Below are positions 19,099-29,786 of a stretch of DNA of 64,000 nt, one piece after another. The stretch is from Acidimicrobiia bacterium (GTDB taxonomy: Bacteria; Actinomycetota; Acidimicrobiia; Spongiisociales; Spongiisociaceae): assembly GCA_965231815.1 (NCBI GenBank), contig OZ246890.1, positions 2,833,388 to 2,897,387 on the forward strand. The letters run 5' to 3'. Position 1 is the stretch's first letter, and every line of letters begins with the position of its first letter. The position numbers and the translations under genes are program-made. The notes beneath the pieces were generated by a model. It was not told the DNA's origin and ran no database searches. It worked only from the letters and a program-made list of their open reading frames with translations.

Positions 19099-19374
19099 TC
19101 GGTCGGAAGTTAACATCAAACGGAGCATCATAGGTACGGTATATAGTTATTGGATATGATTCCAACATTGCTTCTGCGGTATTCCCGGACGCGTGGTCAA
19201 CTACGGAGGACGCAGTTCCGCCTAACCCCCGCCCCCGCCCAAACCTACATGACGGCCCTCGCTAACCCACGCTCTCTGCCGCAGTTCTGCTGACCCCCAC
19301 AGCCCACCAACCGGCCCCGGCAAGGCCCCCCGGTAGATTCAGGGCTAGCCTGATCGCGCGGCAAGGAGGAATAC

Positions 19375-19875
19375 GTGATCGCAAGCGCGGACCCGTTTCA
19401 GGATATGTTCAGGAACATTATGTCGAACTTCGCGTCCAGCGTGACCGTGGTCACCAGTTTCGCCCAGGGTCGGCACCACGGGCTAACCGTATCCGCCTTC
19501 ACGTCCGTGTCGCTCGATCCGCCCCTGATCCTGATCTGTATCGATCATGCATCTCACAGCATCGACGCCTTGCGGATCGCGCCCGGCTTCACCGTGAACA
19601 TGTGCCGCGAAGGCACCGCGGAGGTCGCCAAACTGTTCGCATCCAAGCACCCCGACAAGTTCGCCGGACTGGTGGCGCGGGAACCCGAATACGACGGAGC
19701 GGGGCTGGTCCTCCCGGCCGATTCTTACGCCTCCCTCGAGTGCCGAACCGTCGAATCGCTGGAGGCGGGCGATCACACCGTCTTCATCGGCCACGTCGAA
19801 CACGCCTCATACCACCAGACCGCCCAGCCGCTTCTCTACTGGCAACGGGAGTTCCGTCGGCTCAGAAACGACTGA
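19375..19875 (+). CDS. flavin reductase (NAD(P)H:FMN oxidoreductase-like) domain protein
   Basis: Flavin_Reduct domain pattern: SVTVVTS...GLTVSAFTSVSLDPPLILICI, 166 aa. Confidence 0.75.
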   Translation: MIASADPFQDMFRNIMSNFASSVTVVTSFAQGRHHGLTVSAFTSVSLDPPLILICIDHASHSIDALRIAPGFTVNMCREGTAEVAKLFASKHPDKFAGLVAREPEYDGAGLVLPADSYASLECRTVESLEAGDHTVFIGHVEHASYHQTAQPLLYWQREFRRLRND

Positions 19876-20110
19876 TATATCTCGCCACACGGTCCCTCCG
19901 TCGTCGCCCTTGATCCAACCGAGCCTTCCTCTCCACATCCGGCAGCCGTGAAACGGCGCCTCTCTACAAGGTCGATTATTTGTCACAGCCATCGACTAGG
20001 TATGCGAGTACAGACCGCGGAACAAGGAGAGAATTACATGGATGTGACTACAATACCGCGAAAGGGGATATCCAGGCTGCACGATTCTGAGCGGAAACGA
20101 GGTCTGCATC

Positions 20111-21122
20111 ATGGCGAGCTATGAACTCCATCGTGGAGACGTTTCGGAGGCCTATTCCTGGTGGCCGGCCCCGGCCACCATCATTTCGGACGGCGCCTAT
20201 GGCGTAGGGGGTTTCCCAGGGGATCCGCGCACCCCGGATGGCATCGTGGATTGGTATCGGCCGCACGTCTCAGAATGGGCGAAACATTCTCAACCGGCCA
20301 CGACTCTCTGGTTTTGGAATACGGAACACGGATGGGCGTCGGTACATCCAATTGCTGCTCGAACATGGTTGGAAGTACGAACAGGCAATCGTTTGGGACA
20401 AGGGAATACGCCACGTTGCGGGAAACGCCAACGGCAAGACGTTACGGAGGTTTCCGGTTGTGACCGAAGTCTGTGTCCTCTATTCCCGTGAACTCATGTT
20501 GCCGACAGAGGATGGTGTGCTGCCGGCCCAGCAGTGGCTCCGGCATGAGTGGCGCCGTTCAGGACTACCTCTGTACCGCGCCAACGAAGCATGCGGGGTC
20601 CGAAACGCAGCTACCCGTAAATACCTGACCACCGACTGGCTCTGGTACTTCCCGCCCCCGGAGATGGTGGAGCGAATGGCACGCTACGCGAACGAGTACG
20701 GGCGTCCCACATATCGCCCATACTTCTCGTTAGACGGGACCCACATGATCAAGGGTGATGATTGGGGTGCCTTGCGGTATCGGTGGAACTTCGAGCACGG
20801 CCTTACCAACGTATGGAGCCACCCACCCGTAAACGGCAAGGAACGGTATCGAGCAAATGGCCGCCGATCTGCCCCACGGAACTCGAACCCGGGATCGCAG
20901 GCTGCGGCACACCTCAACCAGAAACCACTCAAATTGATGAAGCGACTTATAGAAGCATGCACGACCGTTGACGATGTCGTTTGGGAACCGTTCGGTGGTC
21001 TCTGTACCGCCTCTGTTGCGGCCGTTGAGTTGGGTCGGCACGCCTTTGCGGCGGAAATCGTCGATTACTTCGCCCAAGTAGCGGCGGATCGTCTAGCCAG
21101 AGCGAGCGGAAGCGGTGACTAG
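20111..21122 (+). pseudogene. frameshifted orphan N4/N6 DNA methyltransferase (PF01555-like) with degenerate DPPY motif
   Basis: The C-terminal frame (20238-21122) carries motif I (QKPLKLMKRLIEACTTVDDVVWEPFGGLCTASVAA). The N-terminal frame (20111-~20340) carries the motif-IV position as IISDGAYGV instead of (D/S)PPY. The two frames abut near 20320-20350. No cognate endonuclease gene is nearby. Confidence 0.6.
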
Positions 21123-21240
21123 CACAGCCGGGCGTGGACGGGACTCCGGCAGTCGATTGGATGTGCTCTGCGCCGGTGTCGAGAAAGCCTTGCATGCGTT
21201 ACCCGCTCGCAGGAAGGAGTCTCCTGCTCTCGCTAGTCTG

Positions 21241-21930
21241 TCACAAGCCGAAGTCGTGGTCGATGAAGGCTTGGAGAGTGGCCGCGTTCAGTTGGCCCTG
21301 TATCTGGCGTACCACGGCGCCGTCGGCGTCGATCAGGTAGGTAACCGGTAGCCCGATGAAGGGATAGCCGTTCTTAACGGTGAGCGCCTCGTCGATTCCG
21401 AGCGGGTAGGAAGCCTTCACCTCGGCTGCGAACGCCTCGGCCGGGCCGCGAGCGTCCTCCACCGCCACTCCGATAAAGGCAACCCACGGGTTGGTCTCGG
21501 CGACGTGGGAGAACTCCGGTATCTCCCTCCGGCATGGAGTGCACCAACTAGCCCATAGGTTCAGGACCACCGGCCTCCCGTCAACCGACAGGTGTCGCGA
21601 AAGCACGAATTCGGCGCCGTCGAACAATTGAACGACTATCTCGGGGGCCGGCTCACCCGCCAGCGCCCCCACCGGGAAACTCTCTACATCGATAACCGGT
21701 GACGCGCCTTCGAGCACCCCGGGTACGCTGCTGCTGACATCAGGGGCAGGGTCGACCGGCCCGCGGTCCGCCCGCAGGAACAGTAACCAGCCCGCCGTCG
21801 CCACCAACACAGCGATCACGGTGGTTAGCGCGACCCGTCGCCGCGCCGGGGGAGCGGCTCTTTCAGGAACGCGGTTCAGCTGCTGATCGGGGCCCGATTC
21901 ATCCATGCCTGAGAGGATACCGGTGAACAA
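21241..21930 (-). CDS. TlpA/ResA-like membrane-anchored thiol-disulfide oxidoreductase (redoxin)
   Basis: N-terminal TM anchor and a thioredoxin fold with the WASWCTPCRRE CxxC motif. Confidence 0.75.
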   Translation of the reverse strand: MFTGILSGMDESGPDQQLNRVPERAAPPARRRVALTTVIAVLVATAGWLLFLRADRGPVDPAPDVSSSVPGVLEGASPVIDVESFPVGALAGEPAPEIVVQLFDGAEFVLSRHLSVDGRPVVLNLWASWCTPCRREIPEFSHVAETNPWVAFIGVAVEDARGPAEAFAAEVKASYPLGIDEALTVKNGYPFIGLPVTYLIDADGAVVRQIQGQLNAATLQAFIDHDFGL

Positions 21931-21964
21931 CCGTAAGTCGGCTCGGCGCCGGAGAGGGGACTAC

Positions 21965-24649
21965 CTAGCCGGTGGAAGCCATTTCCTTCAAGACCGTGTG
22001 GAGAATGCCTCCGTTCCGGTAGTAGTCCACCTCGACCGGGGTATCCATCCGTACCAGGGCCCTGAACGATCTCGCCGGACCGCCGCCGCGCACGTTGATC
22101 GTAACCTCGCTGCGGGGTCGAAGCTCGTCGTCGACATCTATATCGAACTCCTCGGTTCCGTCAAGTTCAAGCGAGTGAGCGCTCTCGCCGGCCAGAAACT
22201 GGAGAGGGAGTATTCCCATGCCGATCAGATTCGAACGATGGATACGCTCGTAGCTTTCTGCTATCGCCGCCTTGACGCCTAGGAGGAACGGGCCTTTGGC
22301 GGCCCAATCCCGGCTGGACCCCATCCCGTAATCGTTCCCGGCGATAACGATGGTGGGGATTCCCGCCGACCGGTAATTCATGGCCGCCTCGTAAATCGTT
22401 TTGACCTGCCCGTCCCCGAAATCGGTCGTCCATCCGCCTTCAGTGCCGGGCGCCAGAAGGTTCCGGACCCGCAGGTTGGCAAAGGTACCTCGCGCCATCA
22501 CCCGGTCGTTGCCCCGCCGGGATCCGTAGCTGTTGAACATCAACTCCGATACCCCGCACTCTTGCAGATATGCGCCGGCCGGGGTGTCCGCAGGAATGGC
22601 CCCCGCCGGGGAGATGTGGTCGGTGGTTACCGAGTCTCCAACCATTACCAGCACGCGGGCGCCGTGGATCGCCTTGATAACACCCCTCTCCGTTGTTAGA
22701 CCATCAAAGAAAGGCGGCGCCTGTATGTAGGTACTGGAGGTATCCCAGTTGTAGAGGTCGGATGGCTCCGTATTGATCTGCCGCCATTCGGGCGGACCCT
22801 CGAACACAGTGGAGTACTGCTCGGTGAACTGTTCGGGAGTGATAGAACGGGAAACGATGGCCGCAACCTCGGAGGGATCGGGCCAGATGTCTCTCAAATA
22901 GACGTCCCGACCGTCCTTATCCTGGCCGAGCGGCTCCGTCATCAGGTCGATGTCGATCCTTCCGGCCAGAGCGTAAGCCACGACCAGGGGAGGCGAAGCC
23001 AGGTAGTTGGCCCTGATGTGAGGGCTGATCCTGCCCTCGAAGTTACGGTTTCCCGAAAGCACCGACGACACCACCAGATCGTGACTCTCGATGGCGTCGG
23101 CGATCGGTTGGGGGAGAGGGCCCGAGTTTCCGATACAGGTCGTGCAGCCGTATCCCACGTTGAAGAAGCCGACCGCTTCCAGATCCTCCATGAGGCCGGC
23201 CCGCTCCAGATACTCGGTCACCACTCTGGAACCCGGAGCGAGAGAGGTCTTCACCCACGGTTTACGGACCAGTCCCATTTGCCTTGCCTTGCGAGCGGCT
23301 AGGCCGGCGCCCACCATCACGTCGGGATTGGAGGTGTTGGTACAGCTGGTTATCGCCGCGATGACAACCGCCCCGTTTGCCAGATCGAAGGTCTCTCCAT
23401 CTGCCGTGACCTCTTCGGCGCCGCCGGAGCGACCGTGACCCGCAAAGGTAGTTTCCCGATCCTTGGCCCATTGCTCGCTCATCCCCGAAAGCGCGATCCG
23501 GTCTTGGGGCCGGCGCGGCCCGGCCAGGGAGGGCTCGATGCTACCCATGTCCAACTCCAACTCGGAGGAGTAGACGATCTGGCGGCTGTCATCCCGCCAC
23601 ATTCCCTGCGACCTGGCGTACTGTTCCACCGTTTCGATCAGTTCGGGCGGTCGTCCTGTCAGCTCCAGGTAGGCAATGGTCTGGGAATCCACCGGAAAGA
23701 ACCCGCAGGTGGCCCCGTATTCCGGCGCCATGTTGGCGAGGGTGGCCCGATTGGCGACCGGCATCGAGTCGAGACCGGGACCGTAGAACTCGACGAACCG
23801 TCCTACCACCCCATGCTCGCGGAGCATCTCTGTCACCCGCAAGACCAGATCGGTAGCGGTCGAGCCTTCCGGAAGCCTACCGGTGAGCCGCATTCCCACC
23901 ACCTCCGGAACCAGCATGAAAATCGGTCTCCCGACCATTGCCGCCTCGGCTTCGATCCCGCCTACTCCCCATCCCAGCACACCCAACCCGTTAATCATCG
24001 TGGTATGCGAGTCGGTACCCACCACCGAATCCGGATACAACTCGGTACCGCCATCCCACACCACCTTGGCAAGGTATTCGAGGTTGACCTGGTGGACGAT
24101 TCCGGTGGCGGGCGGTACCACCCGGAAGTTGTCGAACGCCGACTGACCCCATTTGAGGAAGCCGTACCTTTCCTGGTTCCGTTCGAACTCCCGCCGGGAG
24201 TTGATGGTCAACGCAAGGCTGGAGTTGAACGCATCAACCTGGACGGAATGGTCGATGACCAGATCGCATGGAACCAGCGGGTTAACCTTCCTCGCCTGTG
24301 CGACATCGCCGGTCATCCCGACGATCGCATCGCGCATCGCGGCAAGGTCCACCACGGCCGGCACTCCTGTGAAGTCTTGCAACACCACCCTGCCGGGCGA
24401 GAACGGGATTTCCGTCTCGGCCACCTTGGCGCCGTCGTATGACGCCAACGCGATAACGTCCTCGGGAGCGACGATCCGGCCGTCGCAATTCCTTAGAGCT
24501 GCTTCGAGCAACACTTTGATCGAGTACGGCAGGGTTTCAATATCTCCGTGGTCTCGGAGTGCGTCCAAGCGGTGGATCACCCGGTCACCCAAAGGTGTCG
24601 AAACTTTGGCGGCCGCCTTAAACGGATTCTCGTGGGTTGTACTTGCCAT
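21965..24649 (-). CDS. acnA: aconitate hydratase A (aconitase)
   Basis: 894 aa. Fe-S ligands and the aconitase family signature ([30 protein letters not shown]); swivel domain at the C-terminus. Confidence 0.9.
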   Translation of the reverse strand: MASTTHENPFKAAAKVSTPLGDRVIHRLDALRDHGDIETLPYSIKVLLEAALRNCDGRIVAPEDVIALASYDGAKVAETEIPFSPGRVVLQDFTGVPAVVDLAAMRDAIVGMTGDVAQARKVNPLVPCDLVIDHSVQVDAFNSSLALTINSRREFERNQERYGFLKWGQSAFDNFRVVPPATGIVHQVNLEYLAKVVWDGGTELYPDSVVGTDSHTTMINGLGVLGWGVGGIEAEAAMVGRPIFMLVPEVVGMRLTGRLPEGSTATDLVLRVTEMLREHGVVGRFVEFYGPGLDSMPVANRATLANMAPEYGATCGFFPVDSQTIAYLELTGRPPELIETVEQYARSQGMWRDDSRQIVYSSELELDMGSIEPSLAGPRRPQDRIALSGMSEQWAKDRETTFAGHGRSGGAEEVTADGETFDLANGAVVIAAITSCTNTSNPDVMVGAGLAARKARQMGLVRKPWVKTSLAPGSRVVTEYLERAGLMEDLEAVGFFNVGYGCTTCIGNSGPLPQPIADAIESHDLVVSSVLSGNRNFEGRISPHIRANYLASPPLVVAYALAGRIDIDLMTEPLGQDKDGRDVYLRDIWPDPSEVAAIVSRSITPEQFTEQYSTVFEGPPEWRQINTEPSDLYNWDTSSTYIQAPPFFDGLTTERGVIKAIHGARVLVMVGDSVTTDHISPAGAIPADTPAGAYLQECGVSELMFNSYGSRRGNDRVMARGTFANLRVRNLLAPGTEGGWTTDFGDGQVKTIYEAAMNYRSAGIPTIVIAGNDYGMGSSRDWAAKGPFLLGVKAAIAESYERIHRSNLIGMGILPLQFLAGESAHSLELDGTEEFDIDVDDELRPRSEVTINVRGGGPARSFRALVRMDTPVEVDYYRNGGILHTVLKEMASTG

Positions 24650-24967
24650 GGTCCTCGCTCCCCCTCGTCTACGTCACATTAAGTTGCGAATCGCATACCG
24701 ATTGTAAATGCCTAAAACCCCCGAAGCCGGTTTACACCGCTTGATTCTCCCGGCGACACCGTACGCGCCGGAGCCTTCAGCATTGCGGCTCGTACCTGCT
24801 GTCCGGCGTCCGTTGAATTCACGTAGCGTGGCCTCCCCACCCTGCCGGTGCGTTCTAGGCATCCGAACGAGATGTCCGGCGAACGGCTTATGATGGGAGT
24901 AGGCAAGCTAGACAGGGGTCGTGATGGTCGCAATCGAGGCATACGAACACCGCATCCCCTGCCGCCG

Positions 24968-26059
24968 ATGAACAATTCTCGAGACAAGTTGGTGGCCGAC
25001 GCTCTGGCCGGGACCACGGATCCAATCCTCAATCGCCCGTTGCATACCCTCGGCTACATCCGGTCGGTGCGCGTCAAACGCCTCGGGACAGCCGTCATCG
25101 ATCTGGCCCTGCCCGTTCCCGGCGCTCCCGGTCACCGATTGATCGAAGCCGTTACCGTCGCAGCCGGCTCGGTCGCCGGGATCCGCTCGGTCCGGGTCGA
25201 ACATCATCTGATGACCGACGACGACCGGATGGAGCTGATGACGACGGTGCGGGGGGAGAAACGACCGGTCGGAGGACCGGGTTCCTCCACATTCGTGGTG
25301 GCGGTTTCCTCGGGCAAGGGGGGAGTCGGCAAGTCGTCGGTGACCACCAATCTCGCGGTCAGCCTCGCCTCGCAAGGGCACACGGTGGGAGTCATCGACG
25401 CCGACGTGTGGGGCTATTCGATACCCAGAATGCTGGGCGCTGACGGCGCTCCGGTGGTGATAGCGGATTCGATCCTGCCTCTACGAGCGTACGGGGTGTC
25501 GGTGATCTCCATCGATTACTTCGTACCCGAAGACCAAGCGGTAGTCTGGCGAGGTCCGATGCTCCATAAGGCGTTGGAGCAGTTCCTTACCGACGTGTTC
25601 TGGGACGATCCTGACTTCCTTCTGATCGATATGCCCCCAGGCACCGGCGACGTCGCTATCTCCATCTCGCAGTTCGTTCCTAGGGCCAGGGTCCTGCTGG
25701 TTACGACTCCCCAACCCACCGCCCGTCGCGTTGCGTCCCGCGCCGCTCGTATGGCGGATCGTGTGGACCAGAAGCTCATCGGTGTGGTGGAGAACATGAG
25801 TTGGTTCACCGGAGACGACGGTAAACGCTACCCGATCTTCGGTGAGGGAGGTGGAGCGGCCCTGGCTGCCCAGTCGGGGGTGGAACTCTTGGCCCAGATC
25901 CCGATCCTTACCGAAATGAGAGCCGGCGCCGATAGGGGAGAGCCTGTCAGTGTATCCGCCCCCGATAGCGAAGCGACCACCGCTTTCGCCGCCCTGGCCC
26001 GTCACCTGGTCAAGACCCGGCCTCGGATCAGAACCCATCCTGAACTGCGAATCGGCTGA
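24968..26059 (+). CDS. mrp: Mrp/ApbC/NBP35 family Fe-S cluster carrier ATPase with N-terminal DUF59 domain
   Basis: Deviant Walker A (AVSSGKGGVGKSSVTTNLA), the CxxC-containing region replaced by family-typical motifs, and a DUF59-like N-terminal segment. Start moved to an internal ATG after ~40 non-coding-looking codons. Confidence 0.85.
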   Translation: MNNSRDKLVADALAGTTDPILNRPLHTLGYIRSVRVKRLGTAVIDLALPVPGAPGHRLIEAVTVAAGSVAGIRSVRVEHHLMTDDDRMELMTTVRGEKRPVGGPGSSTFVVAVSSGKGGVGKSSVTTNLAVSLASQGHTVGVIDADVWGYSIPRMLGADGAPVVIADSILPLRAYGVSVISIDYFVPEDQAVVWRGPMLHKALEQFLTDVFWDDPDFLLIDMPPGTGDVAISISQFVPRARVLLVTTPQPTARRVASRAARMADRVDQKLIGVVENMSWFTGDDGKRYPIFGEGGGAALAAQSGVELLAQIPILTEMRAGADRGEPVSVSAPDSEATTAFAALARHLVKTRPRIRTHPELRIG

Positions 26060-26096
26060 GGTTCGCAACCGGGACCGGCAGGCCGACCACGCCGAT

Positions 26097-26441
26097 TCAT
26101 AACCGACGGCTTGTCCCGGAATCGAGTCCTACGAGGTGAAGGACACGGTCCCCCTGAACCCGCAGATAGGCCAGGCCGGAGGGGAGTCGACCTAACAGGG
26201 GGCGCAGGATCACCATCGCTTCCCGTGCCCGTGCCTTCGCTCCCAAACGTCGCAAGGTTCCCCCGGGTAGAGATAGAGGAACCTCGGCATAAACAGCCTT
26301 TAATCCATCCAGCATGGCGGCTACCGCTTGTGGCCATCGAGCCGGGTTACCGCACCGGACCACCACCAACCGATCAGGGCGCACACCTGCCTCCCACGCC
26401 GCCAACGGGCAAACCCATCCCCGAACGTCTACCACCGCCAC
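26097..26441 (-). CDS. hypothetical protein (114 aa)
   Basis: Only sizeable ORF in the 440-nt gap between mrp and the ROK kinase; no motif recognised. Confidence 0.2.
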   Translation of the reverse strand: MAVVDVRGWVCPLAAWEAGVRPDRLVVVRCGNPARWPQAVAAMLDGLKAVYAEVPLSLPGGTLRRLGAKARAREAMVILRPLLGRLPSGLAYLRVQGDRVLHLVGLDSGTSRRL

Positions 26442-26499
26442 CCACCCATCTCAGGTTGTCGGTTGTTTCTGGTAGACATTCGAATAACAATGGAGGCTG

Positions 26500-27468
26500 T
26501 TGACGCCACGCGATGCAGGGAGGGTGACGGTCGGTAAACGCAACCTGACGCTGGGTATCGACCTGGGCGGAACCAAAATGGCGCTGGCCCTTATCGACGC
26601 GGCCGGACGTATTGTCGATTTCCGGTCAATGCCCCGACCAGCCACGGCCGAAGCGATGGACGTTCTCCCGGTGGAGGCGGCCGAGGAGATGATGGATTCC
26701 GGAGTCCTGGCAATAGGAATCGGCGCCGCCGGTCTGGTCGATGCAGATGAGGGGGTACTGATCTGGGGACCCAATGTCGAAGGTAGAAAGGTGCGCTTCC
26801 GTGAGATCTTCGAGCGTGAGATGGGGCTCCCCACCGTGGTGGACAACGATGCCAATCTCTCCGGGTTTGCCGAGTCACGCATCGGTGCCGCGCGCGGGTA
26901 CAACCATATCTGCATGATCACGCTCGGTACGGGCATAGGCGGTAGCTGGATAATCAACGGTGATCTGTATCGGGGGCGGGCGTTCGCGGGCGAGATCGGC
27001 CATATGCCGGTGGATGTGGGTGGACCGCTGTGTACGTGCGGTCAGCGAGGGTGCTGGGAGACATTCGCGTCCGGGAGGCGCCTGGATCAGATGTCCAGGG
27101 ATCTGGTCGCCACCCGACCCGACGGTTTGGTTGCAAAGCTGGCCGAAGGAACCACGCCGGTCGGTCTGCACCTCACCCGTGGAGCGATTGAAGGGGATCC
27201 CGACGCCTTGGAATCTCTCAAAGAGATGGCACGGTGGCTGGGCTTGGGCATCGCAGGGCTCGTTGCCGCCTTCGATCCTGAAGTGGTGGTCATCGGGGGT
27301 GGCGTATCGATGGCCGGAAATCTCTTCCTCGACGAGGCTCGGGCAGCGTTCCAGGATGCTCTAGAGGGAGCGGATCATCGAGAGCCGACCCCGATCGTGT
27401 GTGCGGAACTCGGCGAGGACGCGGGCGTTATCGGCGCCGGGCTATACGCGCGGGAGCGTCTGCTGTGA
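26500..27468 (+). CDS. ROK family sugar kinase (glucokinase-like)
   Basis: N-terminal LGIDLGGTKMALALID ATPase motif, ROK zinc motif (CTCGQRGCWE), 322 aa. Confidence 0.8.
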   Translation: MTPRDAGRVTVGKRNLTLGIDLGGTKMALALIDAAGRIVDFRSMPRPATAEAMDVLPVEAAEEMMDSGVLAIGIGAAGLVDADEGVLIWGPNVEGRKVRFREIFEREMGLPTVVDNDANLSGFAESRIGAARGYNHICMITLGTGIGGSWIINGDLYRGRAFAGEIGHMPVDVGGPLCTCGQRGCWETFASGRRLDQMSRDLVATRPDGLVAKLAEGTTPVGLHLTRGAIEGDPDALESLKEMARWLGLGIAGLVAAFDPEVVVIGGGVSMAGNLFLDEARAAFQDALEGADHREPTPIVCAELGEDAGVIGAGLYARERLL

Positions 27469-27872
27469 TCCGCGATTGGCTCAAGCGCGTGTTTTCCGAT
27501 CCGGACATTCGGGATAAGGCGCGCACTGTCCTAATGGTCGGGCCGAATCTGGCCAAGTTGATGATCGGCTTGGCCAGGGATCCGCGAGTTCCACGCCGGG
27601 TCAAGATATTGGCGGCCGCCGCGGCCGCCTACATAGTTTCCCCCGTGGATCTGGTACCGGACTTTATTCCCTTTATCGGACGCTCGGATGACATCGTGAT
27701 CGTGGCTCTGGTGCTTGACTCCCTCATCCAACAGGTCGGTCTACCGGTCATCAAGGAACATTGGGATGGTCCGGACGAGGTGCTGGCCGTGGTCGTGGAT
27801 GTGGTGGACGTGATCGCGGGGCTGGTTCCTCGTCCGGTAAGGATCGCCGTCAACGCTTATATGCGTCGCTGA
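27465..27872 (+). CDS. DUF1232 (YkvA-like) membrane protein
   Basis: SPVDLVPDFIPFIGRSDD matches the DUF1232 signature (PIDLIPDFIPVLGYLDD). GTG start overlapping the ROK stop (GTGA). Confidence 0.55.
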   Translation: MIRDWLKRVFSDPDIRDKARTVLMVGPNLAKLMIGLARDPRVPRRVKILAAAAAAYIVSPVDLVPDFIPFIGRSDDIVIVALVLDSLIQQVGLPVIKEHWDGPDEVLAVVVDVVDVIAGLVPRPVRIAVNAYMRR

Positions 27873-28083
27873 CGACCATCGGGCTGTGCCCGGCCTGTCG
27901 TGTCGGCGCACATGCCGAACGTCGGCGTCCCCGAAACCGGTCCGGGCCCTGGTTAAGCTTCGGAGCGAATCCGAAGGTTCATGACTGAACCGGCGAAGAG
28001 GCGTTCGTGGCCTCAACGGGAGCGAGCCTTTCCGTTAAGAGGATCAGGTTTAGGTACTTTGTTGGTCTGATAAGAGGTATGGA

Positions 28084-29697
28084 ATGAAATACGACCTGGA
28101 TACCTTACGGGGAGACGTATTCGGTGGTCTCACCTCCGCCGTTGTGGGTATCCCGGTTGCTCTCGGCTTCGGAATCGTTTCCGGTTTGGGACCGTTGGCC
28201 GGAATGTACGGCGCCATCGCGGTCGGTTTCTTCGCAGCGGTGTTCGGCGGAACCCGCTCTCAGATATCCGGTCCGACAGGTCCGATGGCGGTAGCTATGG
28301 CAGTGATAGTTACCAGCTATGCGGATAGCCTCGCCGAGGCCTTCACGATCGCCGTCATGGCGGGTCTGTTACAGATCCTGCTCGGCACGATAAGGATCGG
28401 CCGTTTCGTCGCCTATACGCCCTATTCGGTTATCTCGGGCTTCATGTCCGGTATCGGGCTGATCATCCTCATCTTGCAAAGCCTGCCCTTCCTCGGGGCG
28501 TCGGTTGCCGAAGGTGGTCCGTTGGCTGCGATCCGAGCCTGGCCGGAGGCTATAGGAAATCTGAATATCGGTGCAGCGGTCATCGCAACGGCCACGTTGG
28601 TGGTGGGCGTATTCTGGCCCACCCGGCTGCGGAAATACCTTCCCCCGACTCTGGTTGCTCTAGGGGTCGGAACCGTTATCGGTCTGTTATGGGCGGGTGA
28701 GGTGCCTGTCATAGGCGATGTACCTACCGGACTACCGGAGTTCAGATTTCCTGTATTCTCGGTCGATCTAATACTGGGAGCTCTCCAGCCCGCCTTCACT
28801 CTCGCTCTACTCGGCTCGATCGACAGCTTGCTCACCTCGTTGATAGCCGACTCGATGACCCGGACCAGCCACAAGCCCAACCGCGAGCTGATAGGTCAAG
28901 GAATCGGCAACATGGTTGCGGGGTTTCTCGGAGGGCTTCCCGGCGCCGGCGCCACCATGGGCACGGTGGTGAACCTTCGAGCCGGAGGGCGCACCCCCGT
29001 GTCGGGCATGATTCGATCTGCGGTGTTGCTGGCTCTGGTGCTGGGACTCGGGGACCTTGTCGAATCGATCCCGCACGCGGTCCTGGCGGGGATACTGATG
29101 AAGGTGGGGTGGGACATCATCGATTGGCGTTTCCTTACCCGGATCCACCGTATCCAGAAGGACCATCTCCTAGTGATGATCGTGACCCTGGGGTTGACGG
29201 TGTTCCTGGATCTGGTCACCGCGGTGATTCTCGGCCTGCTCGTGGCGGGCATGGTGGCGGCGCGCCAGTTTGAACGCCTCGAACTGGACAGCGTCCTATC
29301 GGTGCCGTTGCTGGACCAATCCTTCCTGGACGGCCATGAAGGGGATGATTTCTCGGCACGGGTGGGTTTGGTGGCCTTCCGAGGCAACTTCACCGTTGCG
29401 TCGTCCGGAAAGATGATCAGCACCGTAAGCGTTGACATACGTGACCATGAAGTGGTAATCCTCGACTTCTCGAAGACATCGTTCATTGATGACAGCGCCG
29501 CTCTGGTAATCGAGCAACTGATCGACTCCGCCATTGCGGAGGACACCGACTGTATCGTTGCCGGGTTAACGGGTACGCCGGCCTCCGTCATGGATGCATT
29601 GGACGTCCTCCGCCATGTCCCTACCGATCGAATCGTTGCGGACATAGAGGAAGGTCGCCGGGTTGCCCATCGTTTGCTCGAGCTACGGGAATCCTGA
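28084..29697 (+). CDS. SulP family inorganic anion transporter with C-terminal STAS domain
   Basis: Sulfate-transporter family signature near the N-terminus (GLTSAVVGIPVALGFG), ~11 TM segments, and a STAS domain at the C-terminus. Confidence 0.85.
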   Translation: MKYDLDTLRGDVFGGLTSAVVGIPVALGFGIVSGLGPLAGMYGAIAVGFFAAVFGGTRSQISGPTGPMAVAMAVIVTSYADSLAEAFTIAVMAGLLQILLGTIRIGRFVAYTPYSVISGFMSGIGLIILILQSLPFLGASVAEGGPLAAIRAWPEAIGNLNIGAAVIATATLVVGVFWPTRLRKYLPPTLVALGVGTVIGLLWAGEVPVIGDVPTGLPEFRFPVFSVDLILGALQPAFTLALLGSIDSLLTSLIADSMTRTSHKPNRELIGQGIGNMVAGFLGGLPGAGATMGTVVNLRAGGRTPVSGMIRSAVLLALVLGLGDLVESIPHAVLAGILMKVGWDIIDWRFLTRIHRIQKDHLLVMIVTLGLTVFLDLVTAVILGLLVAGMVAARQFERLELDSVLSVPLLDQSFLDGHEGDDFSARVGLVAFRGNFTVASSGKMISTVSVDIRDHEVVILDFSKTSFIDDSAALVIEQLIDSAIAEDTDCIVAGLTGTPASVMDALDVLRHVPTDRIVADIEEGRRVAHRLLELRES

Positions 29698-29786
29698 TCG
29701 AAGACCATGATCATCCGCCCTGGTTACAAGAAGACGGAGGACCGGGCCGCATGCCGGTAACCCGAGCGAGGTCGGCGGAGTCGAAG

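Noticed and set aside
24848-24967. Extended N-terminus of Mrp/ApbC
   Set aside because: Arg/Gly-rich frame-extension typical of high-GC open frames; the DUF59 domain begins after the internal Met.
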